This document shows, piece after piece, positions 57,688-64,000 of a stretch of 64,000 nt of DNA. Origin of the DNA: an uncultured Bacteroidales bacterium. GTDB lineage: Bacteria; Bacteroidota; Bacteroidia; Bacteroidales; JAAYJT01. The notes beneath the pieces were generated by a model that saw only the letters and a list, made by a program, of their open reading frames with translations, searched no databases and had not been told where the DNA came from. The DNA lies in NCBI GenBank assembly GCA_964349765.1, contig CAYGGZ010000002.1, forward strand, positions 99,151 to 163,150, read 5' to 3'. The first letter of the stretch is position 1, and each line of letters opens with the position of its first letter. A program made the translations under genes and the position numbers.

Positions 57688-59292
57688 TTAATCAGATTTG
57701 CGCTTTTCTTTTAATTTCTTTTTTGCCGTTACGATACACTCACGACGGGGAATTATCACAGAAACACCCGTGTAAGCAATCTCTTTCTTCATTATTTTGA
57801 GGTTTTCTTCATGATTCTTTGGAATAGGATTGATAACATGGATATGTTCTTTCTCAACCCCAATTGCCTGACAAACATCCTCAATCCTTCCCAGTGCCGC
57901 AGAAGGTTGCCCTCCCGTCATTGCTGTTGTGGCGTTATCAAGAATAAATACTGTTATGTTTGCCTTATCAACAACTGCATCGAGGAGCCCGGTTATTCCT
58001 GAATGGGCGAATGTTGAATCGCCTATAACAGCTACGGCTGGGGTCAAACCAGCATCTGCCGCACCTTTTGCCATGGTTATGGAGGCACCCATATCAACAC
58101 ATGAGTTAATTGCATCAAATGGAGCTAAAGCTCCAAGCGTATAGCAGCCGATGTCGGAAAACACACGACCCTTGCCATAATCCTCAAGCGCTTGATTAAT
58201 GGCATTGTAGGAATAAATGTGAGGGCAACCCTTACATAGCGATGGCGGCCGGGGAGCTACAATAGTGGGGACCGGATTACCCCATTCATCTTTCATGCCA
58301 AGCGCTACAGCAACAATATTGGGATTGAGTTCCCCATCGCGGGGAACAGTTCCATCAAGTCTGCCTTTGATCTTTTTACCATGGTTCAAAATTCCGCGTA
58401 TAAGTTCTTCAAGCAGCGGGTATCCATCTTCGAGTACAAGGATTGAATCACAGTCGTCGTACATTCTTCGAATCATAGCTGATGGGGCAGGATATTGACC
58501 GATTTTAAGTACCGGATAAGGACTTACACGATCGGGAAAGTTCTCAAACAAATAATTATATGCTAATCCGCAAGCTATGATGCCCATACTTTTGTCGGTT
58601 CCATCAATGTAAACGTTGAATGGCGATTGTTCTGAACCGGCTTCGAAGAGCGCCTGTTGCTGAAGCAATCTCTTGTATTGCTGGCGTGCAATTGAAGGCA
58701 GCAACACAAACTGTTTCGGGTTGGCAGGAATACGAACCGTATTTTGTTCACGCTTTGGTTTTAAAGTTACGCCGGCTCTTGAATGGGCAAGTCTGGTTGT
58801 AATACGAATCAACACCGGTATTCCATGTTTTTCAGATATGTCGAATCCATGAAATACCATGTCGTAAGCTTCCTGCTGCCCGGCAGGCTCAAGGATCGGA
58901 ATCATGGCAAACTTTCCATAAAATCGTGAATCCTGTTCATTTTGCGATGAGTGCATTGAGGGATCATCGGCTGCCACAATTACCAATCCGCCGTTGGCTC
59001 CTGTAATAGCAGAATTTATGAAGGCATCGGCGGCTACATTTAACCCTACATGTTTCATGCAAGTCATAGTGCGCTTTCCTGCATACGACATTCCCAGCGC
59101 CCCTTCCATTGCAGTTTTTTCATTGGCCGTCCAAAAAGCCCTGACATTCTTTTCTTTTGCTTCCTTTGAGGCAGCAACATATTCGGTTATCTCAGTTGAA
59201 GGAGTACCCGGATAAGCATAGATGCCTGAAATTCCGGCATCTATTGCTGCCTGAGCTATTGCTTCGTCACCCAATAATAGTATCTTATTCAT
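57688..59292 (-). CDS. iorA: Indolepyruvate ferredoxin oxidoreductase subunit alpha
   Basis: The 534-aa product has ...LLGDEAIAQAAIDAGISGIYAYPGTPSTEI..., a TPP-binding ...GDSTFAHSGITGL..., and a Cys motif CKGCPH. Confidence 0.9.
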   Translation of the reverse strand: MNKILLLGDEAIAQAAIDAGISGIYAYPGTPSTEITEYVAASKEAKEKNVRAFWTANEKTAMEGALGMSYAGKRTMTCMKHVGLNVAADAFINSAITGANGGLVIVAADDPSMHSSQNEQDSRFYGKFAMIPILEPAGQQEAYDMVFHGFDISEKHGIPVLIRITTRLAHSRAGVTLKPKREQNTVRIPANPKQFVLLPSIARQQYKRLLQQQALFEAGSEQSPFNVYIDGTDKSMGIIACGLAYNYLFENFPDRVSPYPVLKIGQYPAPSAMIRRMYDDCDSILVLEDGYPLLEELIRGILNHGKKIKGRLDGTVPRDGELNPNIVAVALGMKDEWGNPVPTIVAPRPPSLCKGCPHIYSYNAINQALEDYGKGRVFSDIGCYTLGALAPFDAINSCVDMGASITMAKGAADAGLTPAVAVIGDSTFAHSGITGLLDAVVDKANITVFILDNATTAMTGGQPSAALGRIEDVCQAIGVEKEHIHVINPIPKNHEENLKIMKKEIAYTGVSVIIPRRECIVTAKKKLKEKRKSD

Positions 59293-59558
59293 AATCAGCA
59301 GGCTGTTATTTAATTATTAATACTGTTAAGCTAATTTAATTTATCATCTGCATAACATCATCATACTATGAACCCGAAAAACGGTTCAAAAACTCCCGTG
59401 CACAAAACTATGAAAAAAGGTAACCCGCCTATAGGACGGGTGTTTTTATTAATTAAATTACCGCAATCATAAACAATTCTTCAGATTGCAAGTCAGTATT
59501 ACTGTAAAACCAGACGGGAGAATTGTAATTTAGCCTGATCAATCAGTAAAAAACCGTC

Positions 59559-60203
59559 ATGAACTTCCTTGCTCATGCCTATTTGTCGGGAAACAATAGT
59601 GAGATACTCATTGGCAACTTTATTGCCGATCATGTCAAGGGAAAAATGTTCGAACGTTATTCAAGTGAAATCCAAAAGGGAGTTATACTCCACCGCCGAA
59701 TTGATTCTTTTTCCGATAGCCATCCAGTATTTCGGCAAAGCGTGGCACGGCTCAGGTGGGAATTCGGAAAATATTCAGGAGTTTTAGTTGATATGTTCTA
59801 CGACCACTTTTTAGCCCGAAACTGGAAAGATTATTCTGAAATTCCTCTCAAAACTTTTACATCAGCGGTTTACAATACCCTGATGCGACGTTTTCTGATA
59901 TTGCCTGCGAAAACCAAACGAATGTTACCATTCATGCTGGCCGACGATTGGTTAGCAGGATATGCCTACCTCGAAGGGTTGAATCTTGCCCTTTCTGGTA
60001 TGGCGCGCCGAACCAATTTTTATTCAGGAATGGAATACGGCGTGGAATCGCTTAAGCAAAATTATAATCAGTTCGAAGAAGAATTCACTCTGTTTTTTCA
60101 TGACCTCCGTAACGATGTTCTTGTGTTTAACAAAACATTAAGCGAACCTGAATACAACTTACCAAGCCTGGCAATCAATTACGACCCAAGCCAATCCCTG
60201 TAA
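59559..60203 (+). CDS. acpH: Acyl carrier protein phosphodiesterase
   Basis: MNFLAHAYLSGNNSEILIGNFIADHVKG...ILHRRIDSFSDSH... is the AcpH family N-terminal signature. Confidence 0.85.
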   Translation: MNFLAHAYLSGNNSEILIGNFIADHVKGKMFERYSSEIQKGVILHRRIDSFSDSHPVFRQSVARLRWEFGKYSGVLVDMFYDHFLARNWKDYSEIPLKTFTSAVYNTLMRRFLILPAKTKRMLPFMLADDWLAGYAYLEGLNLALSGMARRTNFYSGMEYGVESLKQNYNQFEEEFTLFFHDLRNDVLVFNKTLSEPEYNLPSLAINYDPSQSL

Positions 60204-60497
60204 CATATGCCTTTCTATCTGCCATCTGAATGCTTGATTCATGCAAATAAATACTCTTAAAATGCGAGTTTTGAATCTACCATTCCGGAAAGGAAACGTT
60301 TAAGTTTTTCCAACAGGCGATGCTTAAAGATGTTTGGTCATGTTTTGCTCCTGTGGGGGTGTGTTATACAATTTTGTTGAATGGAAGCGTTATTAAATTC
60401 CAGGTGCCAGTAAGCAGGCAAAATGCTTTTTACTGTAAAACTGTATAAAACTGTTCAAAGTAATACTATTCACGAGCACTGGTATATCATATATCGT

Positions 60498-60505
60498 TAC
60501 TTTTG
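60498..60505 (+). promoter_or_regulatory. Candidate -7 promoter motif TActTTTG
   Basis: TAnnTTTG match 27 nt upstream of ATG 60532. Confidence 0.45.
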
Positions 60506-60531
60506 CGCGCTACAATAATTTAACGTTTCCA

Positions 60532-62859
60532 ATGTCTGGTTTTTACTTGTTCGCTTTCAGAAAACTTTTCATTGCCATAGTTTTCATGCTTCTCACACTG
60601 CAGGTGTATGCTCAAACCAGCACTCTTCGTGGATTTGTTTATGAAAAAGAAACCGGCGAGCCTATCATTTTTACAAATGTTTTCTTTTATAGAACCACCA
60701 TTGGTGCAGCTACGGATGTAAACGGTTATTTCGTCATATCTCGTATTCCTCCAGGTGATTACACTCTGATGGTATCCTTTATGGGATTCGACACATTGCG
60801 CATGCCCGTTACCCTTAAAGGGGGCGAAGTGTTAACAAAAAACCTCTATCTCACAAAAAGTGCTCTCGTTATTGAAGGAGTACATATCACTGCAGAGAGG
60901 GAGGAAGCACGATATGAAACCCGCACATCGGTAATAAATATCACACCACGGCAGATCAGACAATTGCCTGCATTCGGCGGCCAGGCCGACCTTGCCCAAT
61001 ACCTTCAGGTATTGCCCGGGGTAATCTTCACAGGCGATCAGGGCGGGCAACTCTATATACGAGGCGGCCCACCTATACAAAATAAAGTTTTGCTCGACGG
61101 AATGATTATCTACAATCCCTTTCATTCCATTGGGATGTTCTCGGTTTTCGACACTGATATTATCCGCAATGTGGAAGTACACACCGGGGGATTCAATGCA
61201 GAATATGGCGGGCGGATCTCATCGGTGATGAGCATTACTACACGCGACGGAAACCGAAACCGCTTCGCTGGCAAGGCTGATATATCAACAATTGGATCTA
61301 AATTGCTGCTCGAAGGACCCATTGTACGACTCGATGAAACAAATGATCGCAATTTTTCATCATCCTTCATACTCTCGGCTAAAAACTCCTTTCTGGACAG
61401 AAGTTCGAAGTTGTTCTACAATTATATCGACACGCTTGGCCTGCCCTATAGCTTCAGAGACCTGTATGCCAAAGTCTCATTGAATACAGGTAATGGTAGT
61501 AAAATTGACTTTCACGGCTTTAATTTCACCGATAACGTAAATTACCGCGCTGTGAGTGAAATCGGTTGGGACACTTACGGAGCTGGTATGAATTTTCTTG
61601 TGATCCCAGGTCAAACTCCCGCGCTGCTTGAAGGAAGCATTGCGTATTCAACCTACAAAATCACTATGCAAGAGGCTAATCAGCAGCCTCGTACAAGTGA
61701 GGTGAACGGATTTAATTTTGGACTGGGTTTTACATACTTTCTGGGTCGAAACCAAATAAAATATGGTATTGAGACCCGCGGGTTTTTTACGGATTTCAAT
61801 TTCTTTAATGCTGCAGGAGCGTTTATACGCCAAAATCAAAACACTACCGAACTGGCAGCCTATGTAAGATATAAGCATAGTATCGGGAAATGGCTTTTCG
61901 AACCCGGATTCAGGTTGCAGTGGTATGCTGCACTCAGTGAAGTATCGCCTGAGCCTCGGTTCGCAATGAAATTCAATGCAACGAACCATTTCAGATTAAA
62001 AATGGCCGCCGGATTATATTCCCAAAACCTGTTGAGCGCAACCTCCGACCGTGATGTTGTAAATCTCTTCTATGGCTTTTTATCCGGATCCGATAATTTG
62101 CCCCGCCAGTTCGACGGGCGAGATGTTACAAGCAAACTCCAGAGATCAGCTCATTTAATCGTTGGTTTGGAATATGATCTCACCGATCACCTATCAATGA
62201 ACCTTGAAGCCTATACAAAGGAATTTCCACAGCTCACTAACCTCAATCGCGACAAGATGTTTGAAGATACACCCGAATATGCCGACAAACCTGATCGACT
62301 GAAAAAGGACTTTATTGTTGAACGGGGTTCTGCCCGCGGTGTGGATCTAACGTTAAGCTACGACCATAGTGACCTGTATCTGTGGGCGGTGTACTCTCTG
62401 ACCTTCGTAAACCGGTATGATGACATCATCAATTATGTCCCCCATTTCGACCGTCGTCACAGCATAAACCTCGTAGCTACTTACCAGTTCGGACGCACCG
62501 ACAACTGGGAAGTAAGTACACGGTGGAATTTTGGAAGCGGCTTCCCATTCACACAATCGCAAGGGTATTTCGAGCAGCTTGTTTTCCCACAAGGTATCTT
62601 TACCGACTATACACGGTTAAACGGTATTCTCGGCATCATTTATGCCGACCTCAACAAGGGCAGGTTGAGCGACTATCACCGCCTCGACTTTAGCCTCCGA
62701 AACCGGCTTGACCTCGGCAAACACACCAAACTCGAATCAACCCTGAGCGTAACAAATGTCTATAACCGAAACAACATCTTTTACCTCGACCGTGTTACAG
62801 GAAACCGAATTGATCAATTACCCATAATGCCCAGCGTTGGATTAAGCTTGAGCTTCTGA
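60532..62859 (+). CDS. TonB-dependent receptor with N-terminal carboxypeptidase-regulatory-like domain
   Basis: It has a signal peptide, LRGFVYEKETGEPIIFTNV...GDYTLMVSFMGF (CarboxypepD_reg), a plug (...VLPGV...LYIRGG...NKVLLDGMIIYNPFH), a barrel, and a C-terminal ...GLSLSF. Confidence 0.88.
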   Translation: MSGFYLFAFRKLFIAIVFMLLTLQVYAQTSTLRGFVYEKETGEPIIFTNVFFYRTTIGAATDVNGYFVISRIPPGDYTLMVSFMGFDTLRMPVTLKGGEVLTKNLYLTKSALVIEGVHITAEREEARYETRTSVINITPRQIRQLPAFGGQADLAQYLQVLPGVIFTGDQGGQLYIRGGPPIQNKVLLDGMIIYNPFHSIGMFSVFDTDIIRNVEVHTGGFNAEYGGRISSVMSITTRDGNRNRFAGKADISTIGSKLLLEGPIVRLDETNDRNFSSSFILSAKNSFLDRSSKLFYNYIDTLGLPYSFRDLYAKVSLNTGNGSKIDFHGFNFTDNVNYRAVSEIGWDTYGAGMNFLVIPGQTPALLEGSIAYSTYKITMQEANQQPRTSEVNGFNFGLGFTYFLGRNQIKYGIETRGFFTDFNFFNAAGAFIRQNQNTTELAAYVRYKHSIGKWLFEPGFRLQWYAALSEVSPEPRFAMKFNATNHFRLKMAAGLYSQNLLSATSDRDVVNLFYGFLSGSDNLPRQFDGRDVTSKLQRSAHLIVGLEYDLTDHLSMNLEAYTKEFPQLTNLNRDKMFEDTPEYADKPDRLKKDFIVERGSARGVDLTLSYDHSDLYLWAVYSLTFVNRYDDIINYVPHFDRRHSINLVATYQFGRTDNWEVSTRWNFGSGFPFTQSQGYFEQLVFPQGIFTDYTRLNGILGIIYADLNKGRLSDYHRLDFSLRNRLDLGKHTKLESTLSVTNVYNRNNIFYLDRVTGNRIDQLPIMPSVGLSLSF

Positions 62860-62897
62860 AAAACTTTCCCGATAATACATCATTACATATCTGAAAA

Positions 62898-62995
62898 GCT
62901 GAACTATTGATTCCATGAGGGTAACACCGATTTGGTGTTTGTTTGGCGCAATTCCTAATGTGCTGATTACAAACACTTAATCGCGGATTAAGTGT
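62898..62995 (+). repeat. Intergenic structured repeat, copy D (3' module plus part of the 5' module)
   Basis: gctgaactattgattccatgagggtaacaccgatttggtgtttgtttggcgcaattcctaatgtgctgattacaaacacttaatcgcgg aligns with unit positions ~36-123, with about 10 substitutions. An extra perfect hairpin follows (acacttaat cgcgg attaagtgt, 62973-62995). It lies between the convergent TonB-receptor and dtd stops. Confidence 0.75.
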
Positions 62996-63017
62996 TGCAA
63001 ATGCTAATGTGGCCAAA

Positions 63018-63470
63018 CTATTCCCGAAGCTTCGAATCAATAATGATGGTTACTGGTCCGTTGTTTATCAGTTCAACTTGCATCAAAGCTCCGAAGCGAC
63101 CTGAGCTAATTTCTTTTCCAAGCTCTTGTTTCAAGTGATCGATAAAAAGATTATAAAGTGGAATTGCTGTTTCGGGTTTGGCTGCCCTGATATAACTCGG
63201 ACGGTTTCCTTTACGTGTACTGGCATGGAGGGTAAATTGGCTTACTACGAGGAGTTCTCCGTTTTTCTCACCAACAGAAAGATTCATTATGCCTTCAGAG
63301 TCGTCAAACACCCTAAGTTTCAAAACTTTGCCTGCAATCCATGCTACATCTTCGGGCATATCCGACTCCTCAAAGCCCGCCAATATCAGTAACCCATGAC
63401 CAATGCTACCGCAAACCTCTCCTTCAACGGAAACTGATGCCTTCCTAACTCTCTGTATCACTACTCTCAT
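63018..63470 (-). CDS. dtd: D-aminoacyl-tRNA deacylase
   Basis: The 150-aa product reads MRVVIQRVRKASVSVEGE...GLLILAGF...SQFTLHAST.KGNRPSY...GRFGALMQVELINNGPVTIIIDS. Confidence 0.93.
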   Translation of the reverse strand: MRVVIQRVRKASVSVEGEVCGSIGHGLLILAGFEESDMPEDVAWIAGKVLKLRVFDDSEGIMNLSVGEKNGELLVVSQFTLHASTRKGNRPSYIRAAKPETAIPLYNLFIDHLKQELGKEISSGRFGALMQVELINNGPVTIIIDSKLRE

Positions 63471-63598
63471 CTTATCAAAACTTCAATTTTGTCAAATATG
63501 GCCAATCAATCATTCTCCATTTTTCAGCGAATGTAGACGCTGAATTTCAGGTTTCCTTAATCTGCTCGTTTTAGCCATCCGATGCCTATGACCCTAAA

Positions 63599-64000
63599 TC
63601 ACTCCCATTCTTTTTCATCAAGTTCTGCGTCGTTCATTATGCTAAGGTAGCTTTCATATCGTTCAGGACTAATGCGGCCGTCGTGCAGGGCAATTTTTAC
63701 GGCACATCCCGGTTCTAAAATATGTGTGCAATTATTAAAACGACACCCGTTGCTAACAGCCCGCATTTCAGGAAAGCGTTCCCAAACCTCTTTGCGATCG
63801 AAATTGGTGAGGCTGAACTCTCCAATTCCAGGAGTGTCGATTATCATTCCGCCGTTTTTAAGTTCAAACAGTTCTGAAAAGGTGGTTGTGTGCTTGCCTC
63901 TTTCGTGGTAGAGCGAAAGCTCACTTGTTTTCAGATTAAGGGAAGGATCAAGCGCATTTAGTAACTGTGATTTCCCAACGCCACTATGGCCGCTGATCAC
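63599..64000 (-). CDS. rsgA: Ribosome small subunit-dependent GTPase A (C-terminal part; gene continues past the right edge)
   Basis: ...ISGHSGVGKSQLLNAL... is the P-loop, ...DTPGI... follows, and the C-terminal Zn-finger is CRFNNCTHILEPGCAV. Confidence 0.88.
   Translation of the reverse strand: MISGHSGVGKSQLLNALDPSLNLKTSELSLYHERGKHTTTFSELFELKNGGMIIDTPGIGEFSLTNFDRKEVWERFPEMRAVSNGCRFNNCTHILEPGCAVKIALHDGRISPERYESYLSIMNDAELDEKEWE

Noticed and set aside
59367-59450. Roughly 34-codon ORF (MNPKNGSKTPVHKTMKKGNPPIGRVFLL...) overlapping a hairpin (acccg cctatagga cgggt) plus a T-run between iorA and acpH
   Set aside because: It is too short, with no ribosome-binding or conservation evidence available. 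The hairpin might be an orphan terminator or a small RNA 3' end, but nothing in the sequence alone supports a call.
1-64000. CRISPR arrays, tRNA/rRNA genes, and intact transposases or IS elements
   Set aside because: I scanned the intergenic regions by eye. I found no spacer-repeat periodicity, no tRNA-like cloverleaf candidates and no transposase-like ORFs. The only mobile-element trace is the integrase remnant at 23995-24465.

Overview
This is a 64-kb chromosomal segment from a Bacteroidota-type genome. The phylum call rests on a SusC/SusD pair, a T9SS C-terminal sorting domain, a long-form IspG, IorAB, and TAnnTTTG -7 promoter motifs upstream of many starts. Most of the window is housekeeping: priA, trkA-trkH-trkH, ispG, hisS, hutH, hpt-adk-obg, ettA, lptF/G-like, iorAB, acpH, dtd and rsgA, plus glycosyltransferases and TonB-dependent receptors. 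No rRNA, tRNA or CRISPR array was seen. Four things stand out. (1) A tightly packed 7-gene minus-strand operon (3846-11774) holds a Na+/solute symporter, a C-N hydrolase, an atypically long KamA-family radical-SAM aminomutase-like protein, 3-oxoacid CoA-transferase A/B, a GSAM-like class III aminotransferase and a thiolase. It reads as an undescribed route from an alpha-amino acid through a beta-amino acid, 3-oxoacid and 3-oxoacyl-CoA to acetyl-CoA. (2) A family of structured 60-125 nt intergenic repeats has at least 5 copies, each sitting just 3' of a gene. Two 123-bp copies are identical and bracket a 2.06-kb island with an internally deleted integrase and an HsdR_N-type nuclease-domain gene. 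(3) The adenylate kinase is a fused tandem of two Adk domains. (4) Two weakly paralogous lipoproteins flank a YiiX-like permuted papain-fold lipoprotein. All calls come from reading the sequence and ORF translations by eye. No database search or computation was run.
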